Source: Flavobacteriales bacterium
GTDB taxonomy: Bacteria; Bacteroidota; Bacteroidia; Flavobacteriales_F; PHOS-HE28
NCBI GenBank assembly: GCA_016787985.1
Contig: JAEUTC010000043.1
Coordinates: forward strand, 17,145 to 81,144
Reading direction: 5' to 3'
DNA: 64,000 nucleotides
Part shown: positions 35,581 to 44,870 of the stretch, in pieces
Position numbering within the stretch: position 1 is the stretch's first letter
How the letters are laid out: each line of letters begins with the position of its first letter
Made by a program: the position numbers and the translations under genes
Notes under the pieces: generated by a model
Told to the model about the DNA's origin: nothing
Seen by the model: only the letters and a program-made list of their open reading frames with translations
Database searches by the model: none

Positions 35581-37827
35581 TCAACCTAGCACCCAACGTA
35601 CACCGATGTAACCCCGCACACCTTGTAATGAGGCGTAGATGTAAGTGGCATCAAAGGTGTAGCCATTCGGATTGGTGGTAGCATCACCTGAGGTGCGATC
35701 GAAAGGATCGAACGGCCGCATGAGCGGATCCGTCGGCCGGAAGTCGAGCAGGTTCTTCACACCGCCATAGACTTCAAGCTGGTCGTGCACGCTCTTCTTC
35801 ACTTGTACGTTGACCAAGGCATAGACCGGCGAATACTCCGGTCGGAAGTCGTTGAGCAAGGTGGGCAAACGCATGGGTCCGTAAGCCTGGCCGGTGAGGT
35901 CCACATTCCATCGCATCGGAAGTTGATAGCTGGCCGTGAAGGTGCCTGACCAGCGCGGTGCGAAGAATTGATCGGCCCGCTCGCCATCGCTCTCGGTGTA
36001 GACTTCCATGTACGTGGCACCGGCCAAGACCCGCAACGGTTCGCCCAGTCGCGCTTCCAAGTTCAGGCTAACCCCTCTGGAAACGGCGGTACCAGAAAGG
36101 TTGCGATAGAGGATCAAGTCGTTGTCGGTGGTGTAGTCGGGCAGGATCCGGTTGCTGAAGTGCGTATAGAACACCGAAGCATCCACACCGAAGAAATGGC
36201 GCTCGCCGGGCCATTTGCGCACCACGTTCAACGTGCCGTTCATGGAACGTTCGGGCTGTAGGTCCTCTTCGATCACCACCGTGCGCGAACCGGTGAGGGC
36301 GGCGTGCTCTTCGGTGAAGAGGTTCACCACGCGGAAGCCGGTGCCGAAGTTGGCGCGCACCGCCCAGCGTCCGTTCGGTGCCCATTTGTAGGCGAGCCGC
36401 GGACTTTGCACGAGGCCATGGTCGCGATCATGGTCGAGGCGATACCCGGCCAACAACTTGTGGACTTCGGTGATGCTCCACTCGTCTTGGACGAACAAGC
36501 CCGGCAAGGGACGTCGTTCAGGGGCATTGCGCAGCACACCGCCACGTTCCTCGGCGGTGGCCACCGTGTTGTCATCGTAGTGCGTGTAGCGATAGGCCAG
36601 TCCGGTGAGGAGGTCGTGCCGCGCTCCGATGCGCTTCGTCCAATAGAGCTGCCCGAATAGGACCTGCTGGTCAGCATCGTAGGGCATGGTGCCGTACCAC
36701 GAGCGCTGCTGGTGCCCGTTGGCGCTCACCTGAAGCATCACCGTGCCCGGCATCGGCAACTGGTACTGACCGATCAGCTCCCAGCGTCGGGTGCCGATGC
36801 TCTCCCCGTAGATGCTGTCGCCACCAGCGAAGGCAGGTGTCCACCCCATCTGCCCCCCCCAGCGATCCTCGTATACGTAACGCCCGGCGAGGTTGGCCAC
36901 GCGGCGATCGCGGCGCTGAACGGCGATCTTGTTGAAGATGGAGATGCGCTGTTGCAGCGTGACATCGGTGAAGCCGTCGCCGTTGCGGTCGCGCGCATCA
37001 TCGTAGTGGAACATGTTCACGCCGAGCAGGTCGTTCACCTTGTCGTGGCGGAATCGTGCGCCCAAGTCGAGCGAATGCTCCTGCCAGCTGGTGGTCATGG
37101 CCTCCACCGACAGGCGCGGGGCCAGCACCGGGTCCTTGGTGATCACGTTGATGATGCCCCCCATGGCCTCGCTGCCGTAGAGGGAAGAGCCCGGCCCCTT
37201 CATCACTTCCACGCGCTCGATCAGGCTGAGGGGTATGCCACTGAGACCGTACACCGTGCTTAGGCCGCTCACGATGGGCATGCCATCGATCAGGATCATC
37301 GTGTAAGGCCCTTCCATGCCGTTGATGTGGATATCGCCCGTGTTGCACACACCACAGTTGATCTGAGGCCGCACTCCGTTCACCATGGCCACGGCATCGA
37401 ACAGCGCCGGGCTGGGATCCTTGCGGAACAACGCCGGGGTGATCACCTCCACCGGGACCGGGCTTTCACTGCGCGAGATGGCCCGCATGGTACCGGTCAC
37501 CACGACCTCGTCCAATTCGGAGGCATCAGCCTGAAGCACCACTTTACCCACATCATGCTGACCTGTCCCGATGGCAGGAACATCAATGGTCCGGGTGCGC
37601 AAGCCGATGGAACGGCACACGAGCCGAAGCGGCGTTCCACACGGTACCACGATCTCGAAGCGCCCGGAGACATTGGTCACGGCGCCGGTCGTCGTGCCTT
37701 CCAACACCACGTGGGCGAACGGGACCGCCCCTTCAGCCGCGCGCAAGAGCCCCACCACCGTGCATTGCCCGATGACACGGACACCGGACACCACCAGCAG
37801 CAAGAGAAGGACCACCGTCCGGAACAT
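35581..37827 (-). CDS. TonB-dependent receptor with an N-terminal CarboxypepD_reg-like domain
   Basis: MFRTVVLLLLLVVSG signal peptide. Plug motifs (LDEVVVTGT, IERVEVMKGPGSSLYGSEAMGGIINVITK). Beta-barrel ending ...GYIGVRWVLG. ATG at 37827 was preferred over the listed TTG at 37845. Confidence 0.9.
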   Translation of the reverse strand: MFRTVVLLLLLVVSGVRVIGQCTVVGLLRAAEGAVPFAHVVLEGTTTGAVTNVSGRFEIVVPCGTPLRLVCRSIGLRTRTIDVPAIGTGQHDVGKVVLQADASELDEVVVTGTMRAISRSESPVPVEVITPALFRKDPSPALFDAVAMVNGVRPQINCGVCNTGDIHINGMEGPYTMILIDGMPIVSGLSTVYGLSGIPLSLIERVEVMKGPGSSLYGSEAMGGIINVITKDPVLAPRLSVEAMTTSWQEHSLDLGARFRHDKVNDLLGVNMFHYDDARDRNGDGFTDVTLQQRISIFNKIAVQRRDRRVANLAGRYVYEDRWGGQMGWTPAFAGGDSIYGESIGTRRWELIGQYQLPMPGTVMLQVSANGHQQRSWYGTMPYDADQQVLFGQLYWTKRIGARHDLLTGLAYRYTHYDDNTVATAEERGGVLRNAPERRPLPGLFVQDEWSITEVHKLLAGYRLDHDRDHGLVQSPRLAYKWAPNGRWAVRANFGTGFRVVNLFTEEHAALTGSRTVVIEEDLQPERSMNGTLNVVRKWPGERHFFGVDASVFYTHFSNRILPDYTTDNDLILYRNLSGTAVSRGVSLNLEARLGEPLRVLAGATYMEVYTESDGERADQFFAPRWSGTFTASYQLPMRWNVDLTGQAYGPMRLPTLLNDFRPEYSPVYALVNVQVKKSVHDQLEVYGGVKNLLDFRPTDPLMRPFDPFDRTSGDATTNPNGYTFDATYIYASLQGVRGYIGVRWVLG

Positions 37828-37872
37828 GCGGCGAAAGTAATCCAATTTTTAGCCTCGTCTAATTTATTCGTC

Positions 37873-37880
37873 TATATTTG
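37873..37880 (+). promoter_or_regulatory. Bacteroidota-type -7 promoter box TATATTTG upstream of the DtxR/MntR gene
   Basis: Exact match to the TAnnTTTG consensus, 12 nt upstream of the ATG at 37893. No clear -33 TTTG was seen. Confidence 0.35.
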
Positions 37881-37892
37881 CCTCATCATCCC

Positions 37893-38549
37893 ATGCTCAC
37901 CCGCAGCGAAGAGGACCACTTGAAGGCCGTCTATGCCCTGTTGCTCGATGGCGACAGCGCGCTCACAAAGGACATCGCACACCGCTTGCGGACCAAGGCG
38001 AGCAGCGTCACTGACATGCTGAAGAAGCTGGCGGACAAGGGCCTGCTGAAGCATGAGCCGTATTATGGTGTGAAGTTGACCGCCAAGGGACGCGGACATG
38101 CCGTACAACTCGTCCGTCGGCACCGGTTGTGGGAGACCTTTCTGGTCCAACGCCTTGGCTTCGGATGGGACGAGGTGCACGAGGTGGCCGAGCAGTTGGA
38201 ACATGTGGCCGACGACAAGCTCACCGACCGTCTGGACGACTATTTGGGCAAACCCGCCTTCGATCCGCACGGCGACCCCATCCCCGACCGCAAGGGCCGC
38301 ATTCGACCCCGCAAGACCCAACGCTTGAGCGTATGCCGTGCTCAAGAAAGCGTGCGCATCGCTGCGGTGAGCGAGACCACGGACGGTCTGCTGCGGCTGC
38401 TCGACTCCAAAGGCCTGCGCATCGGCACACAGCTTACGGTATTGGAAGTACACCCCTTCGATGGCAGCATGGATATCAAGCCCAAGAATGGCGCATCCTT
38501 CAGCGTGAGCAAGGAAGTGAGCCATCACTTGCAAGTAGAACCCGCATAA
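37893..38549 (+). CDS. DtxR/MntR family metal-dependent transcriptional regulator with a C-terminal FeoA/SH3-like domain
   Basis: LTRSEEDHLKAVYAL...TKDIAHRLRTKASSVTDMLKKLADKGL...RRHRLWETFL...WDEVHEVAEQLEHV...DPHGDPIP. Confidence 0.9.
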   Translation: MLTRSEEDHLKAVYALLLDGDSALTKDIAHRLRTKASSVTDMLKKLADKGLLKHEPYYGVKLTAKGRGHAVQLVRRHRLWETFLVQRLGFGWDEVHEVAEQLEHVADDKLTDRLDDYLGKPAFDPHGDPIPDRKGRIRPRKTQRLSVCRAQESVRIAAVSETTDGLLRLLDSKGLRIGTQLTVLEVHPFDGSMDIKPKNGASFSVSKEVSHHLQVEPA

Positions 38550-38553
38550 GCCC

Positions 38554-39384
38554 ATGGAGCCTTTCGCCCAGATCGAACGTTACTTCAGCAGCATCGACCC
38601 GGTGCTCGCGGCATTCTTGGCCACCACGTTCACCTGGTTGGTCACCGCGGCCGGCGCCAGCTTGGTCTTCTTCTTCGGCAACGCCTCGCGCAAATGGCTC
38701 GATGGCATGCTCGGCTTCACCGGTGGTGTGATGGTGGCGGCGAGCTTCTGGAGCCTGCTCACTCCGAGCATCGACATGAGCGAGCGCATGGGCAACATCC
38801 CCTGGCTGGCGCCGGCGATCGGTTTCGCGGCCGGTGCGCTTTTCCTGTTCGCCTTGGACAAACTGCTTCCACACCTGCACATCAACTTCGACCCTGCGCA
38901 GTCCGAAGGCCCCAGCACCAAGTGGCACAAGACCACCTTGCTCGTCCTGGCGATCACCCTGCACAACATTCCCGAAGGGCTCGCCGTGGGAGTGCTCTTC
39001 GGCGGCGTGGCCGCAGGTATGCCCGAGGCCAGCATCGGCGGGGCGTTGGCGCTGGCCATCGGCATCGGGCTGCAGAACTTCCCCGAAGGTTTCGCGGTGA
39101 GCATGCCCTTGCGACGCCAGGGTCTCAGTAAATTCAGGAGCTTCTGGTACGGTCAGCTCAGCGCCATCGTGGAACCGGTGGCCGGCGTGGTCGGCGCAGT
39201 GGCCGTGATCCACATGCAGGGCTTCCTCCCCTACGCGCTGGCCTTCGCGGCGGGCGCCATGATCTACGTGGTGGTGGAGGAAGTGATCCCCGAAACGCAG
39301 CAGGACAAGTACACGGATATCGCCACGCTCGGCTTCATCGGCGGCTTCATAGTGATGATGATCCTGGACGTGGCCTTGGGGTGA
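38554..39384 (+). CDS. ZIP family metal transporter (GufA/ZupT-like)
   Basis: LAITLHNIPEGLAVG and GLQNFPEGFAVS signature helices. Polytopic. Located 4 nt downstream of the regulator gene. Confidence 0.9.
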   Translation: MEPFAQIERYFSSIDPVLAAFLATTFTWLVTAAGASLVFFFGNASRKWLDGMLGFTGGVMVAASFWSLLTPSIDMSERMGNIPWLAPAIGFAAGALFLFALDKLLPHLHINFDPAQSEGPSTKWHKTTLLVLAITLHNIPEGLAVGVLFGGVAAGMPEASIGGALALAIGIGLQNFPEGFAVSMPLRRQGLSKFRSFWYGQLSAIVEPVAGVVGAVAVIHMQGFLPYALAFAAGAMIYVVVEEVIPETQQDKYTDIATLGFIGGFIVMMILDVALG

Positions 39385-39401
39385 ATTAGCTTCGCGCTCC
39401 C

Positions 39402-39845
39402 ATGTCCAGTACCATCGAGGTCAAGAACCGCAAGGCGGGGTTCGAATACCACCTGCTCGATACGTTCGAGTGCGGCATGGTGCTCATGGGATCCGAGATA
39501 AAGAGCATCCGCAACAACGGCGCCACCATCGGCGAAGCCTTCTGCCAGTTCGTGGGGAACGACCTGCTGGTGCGCGGAATGCAGATCAACCCATGGGGTT
39601 CCAATCCGCACTATGTGCACGAGCCCAAACGCGATCGGAAATTGCTGCTTCACCACAAAGAGCTGGACAAGTTGCGACGGAAGTTGCGCGACACGGGCAT
39701 GACCATTGTGCCAGTGCGGCTCTTCATCGCACCGAACGGTTTCGCCAAGCTGGAGATTGCACTGGCAAAGGGCAAGAAGACCTTCGACAAGCGCGACAGC
39801 TTGAAGGCCAAGGACGTGCAGCGCGACCTGGACCGCATGGGTTGA
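39402..39845 (+). CDS. smpB: SsrA-binding protein
   Basis: NRKAGFEYHLLDTFECGMVLMGSEIKSIR...RDRKLLLHHKELDKL...GMTIVPVRLF..NGFAKLEIALAKGKK. Full-length SmpB pattern. Confidence 0.95.
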   Translation: MSSTIEVKNRKAGFEYHLLDTFECGMVLMGSEIKSIRNNGATIGEAFCQFVGNDLLVRGMQINPWGSNPHYVHEPKRDRKLLLHHKELDKLRRKLRDTGMTIVPVRLFIAPNGFAKLEIALAKGKKTFDKRDSLKAKDVQRDLDRMG

Positions 39846-39849
39846 TCCG

Positions 39850-41823
39850 ATGGAGTGGCGCCGCCATATCGCTCGCTACGGCGATGGCTGGTTCCCTGGC
39901 GAACCGTGGGTGAAGTGGTCTTTCGTCGCGCTCTTCGCCCTAGCGGCCGTGCTCCGCTTTTGGAACCTCCCCGGACTGCCCTTCACCCACGACGAATTGA
40001 GCGCACTGATGCGCATCTACCCCACGCTTGGAGAGACCATCCAACGCGGCGTGATCGAGTTGGATACCCATCCGCCCGGCGTCCAGGTGTTCGAGTGGGC
40101 ATGGACCCGAATCTTCGGCACGTCAGAGGCTGCGGTCAAATCCCCTTTCATCCTGCTGGCGCTCATCGCGCTGTTCCCCCTCTATCGCTTTGCCCTCGCC
40201 TGGTCCTCCGCAGGCACCGCATTGGTGAGCACCGCCCTGCTCGCCACGTTGCAATACACGGTGCTGTATGCGCAGATCGCACGGCCCTATGCCATCGGCT
40301 TCTTCACCATCGCGTTGCTAGCGGATCACATCACACGATACCTCGCGTTCAACCGTCGCACGGATCTGTTCGGCATCGGCTTGGCGGCGGTGCTCAGTGC
40401 GTACACACACCACTTTTCCCTATTGCTGGCGGGCATCATGGTGCTATCCACAGGGCCCCTGCTGCTGCGCGAGCAGCGGAAGCCCTTCCTGGTGATGTGT
40501 GTGGTGAGCGCCGTGGCCTATGCACCGAACCTGGGCATCTTCGCCAAACAACTCGGCCTTGGTGGCTTGGGCAACTGGCTGCCACCGCCCGACGCTCAGT
40601 GGCTGCCGCGCTACCTGCAATGGATCCTGCATTTTTCAGAGCCGTTGATGGTGGTTGTCGGTGGGGCCTTCGTGATCGGTCTTGGCCTTGCGGTGAGGCG
40701 GTCCGGTGAACGAAGTCCGGCACGATGGCTGCTTCCCCTTTGGGGGCTTGCCCCGCTGCTGATCGGGTACGGCTACAGTGTTTGGCGATCACCGGTATTG
40801 CAATACAGCTTGGTCCTGTTCAGCTTCCCCTTTCTGGTCCATTGGGTGTTCATGGGGTTCCGGAATGCACCGAAATGGCTGGTGCTCGGGACCGCAGGCC
40901 TGATCGCCATCACCTCCACCACCACGTTGGTCCTGGAACGCCAGCACTATCGCGTCTTCTCCGATACCCCTTACGCGGCCATGGTGCGTGTGATGATGAA
41001 CCACATCGTTCGCGCAGGTCCGGAGCGCAGCTTCGTGATCTTCGATGCGCCACGGCCACAGGTCGAGTTCCACCTTCGTCGGCACGGGATGGATCCTGAA
41101 CAGGGGATCGTTTGGCCCCGCGAGCGGGAAGCCCAAGGGTTGCAGGAGCAGCTGCAAGATCCACAGTGGACGCATGTGGTACTGGGCACCAGCAACGGCT
41201 GCTTGGAAGAACGCGTGGCTTTGGTGCGTGCACACTTCCCCTATCTGGTGCATCTGGAGGATCATGTGGAAGGCCAAGTGCATGTCTTCGCGCGGCAGCA
41301 GCCGGAGCACTCGATCGCCGATCGTCGGTTGCTTCAGGTGATCAGCCCAAGTAGACGGGCCGGGCATGTGCACGTGGACCAAGAACTGACCATGTGGCAC
41401 GACACCGATGCACGGAGATCTTGTTGGGACTTGGTGGATCATGAGTTCGGTATTGAAGCGAAGTACACCCTTCCTGCGCAACCCGATACACGAGAAGATC
41501 TCTATGAAGTGGAAATGGAAGTGTCGCACATCCCGGTAGGCACGGACCTATCCCTAGTGGTCGAATTGCGCAACGCCCGGAACGAATTGCTGCTGTACCG
41601 CGCCAGTGCTGCACCAGCAACGGCAGGCACCGCGGTGGTGGCGCTATCGCCATCCTGGGTCGATGCCGGAGAGGCTCCGCTGGAAGTGAACATGTACGTG
41701 CAGAACAGGACGAAAGGGCCTGCGCGCATCCATGCGTTGCGCCTGTACCGAAGGGAGCAGAACCCGGTGCGCAATGCCCTGCTGGCACCAGTGCGTAACC
41801 TGGGCCACCTTCCCTTGAAATGA
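39850..41823 (+). CDS. GT-C fold (family 39/ArnT-like) membrane glycosyltransferase with a large C-terminal domain
   Basis: N-terminal LRFWNLPGLPFTHDELSAL (first-loop acidic motif of PMT/ArnT-like enzymes), about 10 TM segments, then a ~300-aa soluble domain of unknown function. Confidence 0.7.
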   Translation: MEWRRHIARYGDGWFPGEPWVKWSFVALFALAAVLRFWNLPGLPFTHDELSALMRIYPTLGETIQRGVIELDTHPPGVQVFEWAWTRIFGTSEAAVKSPFILLALIALFPLYRFALAWSSAGTALVSTALLATLQYTVLYAQIARPYAIGFFTIALLADHITRYLAFNRRTDLFGIGLAAVLSAYTHHFSLLLAGIMVLSTGPLLLREQRKPFLVMCVVSAVAYAPNLGIFAKQLGLGGLGNWLPPPDAQWLPRYLQWILHFSEPLMVVVGGAFVIGLGLAVRRSGERSPARWLLPLWGLAPLLIGYGYSVWRSPVLQYSLVLFSFPFLVHWVFMGFRNAPKWLVLGTAGLIAITSTTTLVLERQHYRVFSDTPYAAMVRVMMNHIVRAGPERSFVIFDAPRPQVEFHLRRHGMDPEQGIVWPREREAQGLQEQLQDPQWTHVVLGTSNGCLEERVALVRAHFPYLVHLEDHVEGQVHVFARQQPEHSIADRRLLQVISPSRRAGHVHVDQELTMWHDTDARRSCWDLVDHEFGIEAKYTLPAQPDTREDLYEVEMEVSHIPVGTDLSLVVELRNARNELLLYRASAAPATAGTAVVALSPSWVDAGEAPLEVNMYVQNRTKGPARIHALRLYRREQNPVRNALLAPVRNLGHLPLK

Positions 41824-41850
41824 AAGAAGGCCGCATGAAGCGGCCTTCTT
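41824..41850. terminator. Bidirectional rho-independent-type terminator hairpin between convergent genes
   Basis: AAGAAGGCCGC-ATGAA-GCGGCCTTCTT: a perfect 11-bp GC-rich stem with T-rich 3' ends on both strands, starting 1 nt after the stop at 41823. Confidence 0.6.
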
Positions 41851-41868
41851 GTTGAACAAGGCTTGGGA

Positions 41869-42822
41869 TCAGAGCTTGAAGCTGAGACCGATCCCGAGGG
41901 TTTGTTTGAATTGGGTAGCTGGGCCGGTGTACGCCAAGCCGGCATCATCCACCCGTGGAAGTTGGGTGTCGTGGTCATAGATCAGCACCGTGTTCAAGGT
42001 GGCGGCGAACCACTCGTTCACCTTGAAGGTCCACAAGGTCTCCCAGGTCACATCGATGTTCTGAGGGTTACGCAGGTAGTTGCTGAAGAGATCGCCGCGT
42101 GTCAGGAAGGTGATGTTCTTGGCCAGGTCTTTTTTGTACTGCAGACGGAGGTAACCACCCAGTTCGAGTTCGGAGGTGCTTCCGTTCTTCACGCCGTACA
42201 CACGGTCATCCGGCCCGAGTCCTTCGAACAGCAGATCATCGTTCACCACTACCATACGGGCCGTGGCGGGCGAGAAGAACACGGTGAAGTTCTCACTGGG
42301 TCGGTAGTCCAGACCCACACCGAGAAGCGCGTAGCCCGGAGCCATGAAGTTCGAGATGCGGTTGCCCTCAGCGTTGAAGCCCTCGGTGAATTGGGTGCGG
42401 AACTGGAAGACACCAGCGAGGTAGAGACTTTTCTTGAGTTCGTAGCCGTACTTGCTGTTCAGTTCGATACGGTCATCGGTCTTCTGCGGCTCCGTGTTGT
42501 TGTGCACGTGCTGGCCACCGAAGGCGAGGATCAAACTGTTGTCCCAGGCTTTGCGTCCTTTCTTCCAGTTGGCCGTGCCGTTGAACATGGCGATACCGCT
42601 CACCGAGCTGAAACCACCAGCCGCCCAGTTGGTCAGGTTCACCTGGGTCATGTTGATGTTGATGATGCCGCTCTTCTTCCATCCATCAGGAATGGTATCG
42701 GGAGGCACTCCGGTCTGCATGGTCGCTGCGGCGGCGTCGCGTGCACCTTTATCCACGTCGTTCTGCGCGATGGTCGGCAGCACAACGAAGAGGGAGAGCA
42801 AAAGGGTTAACGGTCGGTTCAT
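41869..42822 (-). CDS. DUF3078 family outer-membrane protein
   Basis: MNRPLTLLLSLFVVLPTIAQ signal peptide. GWKKSGIININMTQVNLTNWAAGG motif. C-terminal ...LGIGLSFKL. The listed 600-aa ORF runs antisense into the MscS gene and was trimmed; CAT at 42820-42822 was verified. Confidence 0.8.
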   Translation of the reverse strand: MNRPLTLLLSLFVVLPTIAQNDVDKGARDAAAATMQTGVPPDTIPDGWKKSGIININMTQVNLTNWAAGGFSSVSGIAMFNGTANWKKGRKAWDNSLILAFGGQHVHNNTEPQKTDDRIELNSKYGYELKKSLYLAGVFQFRTQFTEGFNAEGNRISNFMAPGYALLGVGLDYRPSENFTVFFSPATARMVVVNDDLLFEGLGPDDRVYGVKNGSTSELELGGYLRLQYKKDLAKNITFLTRGDLFSNYLRNPQNIDVTWETLWTFKVNEWFAATLNTVLIYDHDTQLPRVDDAGLAYTGPATQFKQTLGIGLSFKL

Positions 42823-42872
42823 GTTCTTTGTGGGTGGTTTTGGTGTCCTTCCGAGGCGCGAAGGAAAGAAGT

Positions 42873-43715
42873 TCAGGCGTGTTTCGTGGTGACGGTCATA
42901 CTGGGTTTCGGCCCGTTGATACCAGCAGCTTGCAAAGCTGTGATCCCTTGTTCTAGGATGCCGAAGTATACGGTCCAGTAGTCCTTGGGGTCGCACCACG
43001 GGCGCACGGCCAGTTCGATGCCTTCCAGGTTCAGCTTGTTCACCGTAACGCTCGGCGCAGGTTCTTGCAACACCAGGGAATTCGCGTTCATCACGCCTTC
43101 CAAGACCTGCCTCACCTTGTCCAAGGGTTCGCCGTAGGCCACGCCCATGGTCAGGTCCACACGCATCTTGCCATCCGCGCTGTAGTTGATGATGTTGCCG
43201 TTGGCCATGGCGCCATTGGGGATGATCGCCGTTTTGTTCTCCGGGGTGAGTAGGACAGTGGTGAAGATCTGGATCTCCTTCACCGTGCCGAGTATGCCTT
43301 GGGCCTCGATCAGGTCGCCCACCTTGTAGGGTTTGAACAACAGGATGAGGGTGCCTCCGGCGAAATTCGCCAGGGTGCCCTGCAAGGCTAGGCCCACGGC
43401 CAGACCCGCCGCGCCTACGATGGCCACGAAGCTGGTGGTGGCCACACCCATCATCTGGATCACCGTGAGGAACAGCAGCACCCGCAAGGAGATGGTGACC
43501 AGGCTGTGCAGGAAACGCTTCAGCGTGGGTTCCACACCACGGCGGTCCAACACCTTGTTCAGCAAGCTGGCGAGCATTCGGATAAGCAACGAACCGATCC
43601 AGAGTACGATGAGGGCCATGAGCACCTTCGGAGCGTACTCCACGACGAGTTGCATGCCCTTGGCGGTCCAAGTGCTCAGTTGGTTCACGGGTTCGGCGAT
43701 GATCTCAGGTTCCAT
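42873..43715 (-). CDS. Small-conductance mechanosensitive channel (MscS family)
   Basis: LANFAGGTLILLFKPYKVGDLIEAQGILGTVKEIQIFTTVLLTPENKTAIIPNGAMANGNIINYS. Confidence 0.9.
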   Translation of the reverse strand: MEPEIIAEPVNQLSTWTAKGMQLVVEYAPKVLMALIVLWIGSLLIRMLASLLNKVLDRRGVEPTLKRFLHSLVTISLRVLLFLTVIQMMGVATTSFVAIVGAAGLAVGLALQGTLANFAGGTLILLFKPYKVGDLIEAQGILGTVKEIQIFTTVLLTPENKTAIIPNGAMANGNIINYSADGKMRVDLTMGVAYGEPLDKVRQVLEGVMNANSLVLQEPAPSVTVNKLNLEGIELAVRPWCDPKDYWTVYFGILEQGITALQAAGINGPKPSMTVTTKHA

Positions 43716-43738
43716 GGTCTGTGGTGGTTAGTGTCCGT

Positions 43739-44632
43739 TCAGGCGAAAGGGGCCTTGTGGGTGGTAGTGGTCTGGTCGACTCGCTGATCGCCCCGTGATT
43801 CCGCTTTCCGCGGAGCGTCGATCACTTCGATCCGTTCGGTCACGAGCCTCTTGCTGGGGATCATCACCACACGGTCGCTCTTGCGCAGGGTCATGCTCAC
43901 ACTATCGATGCGCTCGATCACCCCTTCATCATCGCCGATGCGGACGTGCATGCCCGGCTTGAACCGCTCGTTGCCGTAGTAGCTGCCCAGGATGTTGCTG
44001 AGCACATCGCGCGCGGCGAATCCATAGGCCACACCGAAGGCGAGCAAGAGCCCACCAAGGATGATCTGGATGTTCGTGGTAATGAGGGTCGTATCCACAC
44101 CGGCCACGTTCAGTGCGGTGATGGATGCGAAAACGATGGTGATCACGGCCAGGATACGCCCGACGATACGGCCGGCGGACAACTCGACCACGTTGCTCAA
44201 TTGGCTCACCAATCGGCTCACTTTATCCGCACCCCAGATACCCAGTACGAAGATGGCCAATGCGGTAAGCAGCGTAGGCAGGAAGGCGAACGCGCGCTGC
44301 ACCGCGAAGCTCACCAGATGGAGCCCCATGAGATCAGCGGCCGAAAGCACGGCAATGAGCACCATCAGCCACCATACCATCGTGGCCACAAGGCGTGCCG
44401 GCGTGAATCCACCGAAACGGGCAATAGCACGATCGACACCTGAACGCTGAGCCAATGGATCCAATGTGCGCTCGCCGATACGTAGGGCGATCCACCGGAG
44501 GCCTCTGGCCAGCAACAAGCCGACCAAGAGTACCAACAGGCCGGTTAGCACCGCCGGTAGCCTATCGATGATGGCGGCGCCATAAGTGTTGAACGCCTGG
44601 GGCAGTCGGTCTTGGAAGAAAGTCATGTCCAT
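43739..44632 (-). CDS. Mechanosensitive ion channel family protein (divergent MscS-like)
   Basis: TM helices followed by FKPGMHVRIGDDEGVIERIDSVSMTLRKSDRVVMIPSKRLVTERIEVI. The start was trimmed to MDMTFF. Confidence 0.75.
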   Translation of the reverse strand: MDMTFFQDRLPQAFNTYGAAIIDRLPAVLTGLLVLLVGLLLARGLRWIALRIGERTLDPLAQRSGVDRAIARFGGFTPARLVATMVWWLMVLIAVLSAADLMGLHLVSFAVQRAFAFLPTLLTALAIFVLGIWGADKVSRLVSQLSNVVELSAGRIVGRILAVITIVFASITALNVAGVDTTLITTNIQIILGGLLLAFGVAYGFAARDVLSNILGSYYGNERFKPGMHVRIGDDEGVIERIDSVSMTLRKSDRVVMIPSKRLVTERIEVIDAPRKAESRGDQRVDQTTTTHKAPFA

Positions 44633-44642
44633 GGTGGAGAGA

Positions 44643-44870
44643 TCAAGTAGTTGGGTCCTTCGGGGGTTCAGCGGTGTTCGACTTCCGTCCTTCACCGGAC
44701 CCACCCACGATACGGATCCGTTCGAAAAGTGCCGCGCTGGGGTCGGCCACGAAGAGTTGCAGCATGCGCATGAGCATCATCACGAATTTCACACTTCCCA
44801 CCACTTCGGCACGCAAGTGCTCGGGCGGTTGGTCGGTGGACCGGATCAGCTTGAACGGATTCTCGCTCAT
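44643..44870 (-). CDS. Small hypothetical protein co-transcribed with the ECF sigma factor (possible anti-sigma-like partner)
   Basis: 75 aa. ATGA overlap with the sigma gene stop and one hydrophobic segment (VKFVMMLMRMLQLFV). The function is inferred from position only. Confidence 0.4.
   Translation of the reverse strand: MSENPFKLIRSTDQPPEHLRAEVVGSVKFVMMLMRMLQLFVADPSAALFERIRIVGGSGEGRKSNTAEPPKDPTT

Noticed and set aside
41863-42810. 315-aa plus-strand ORF, and the 600-aa minus ORF extension (42823-43671)
   Set aside because: The plus ORF is antisense to the DUF3078 gene. The minus extension upstream of MNRPLT is Arg/Gly/His-rich, overlaps the MscS gene out of frame, and precedes a clear signal peptide.
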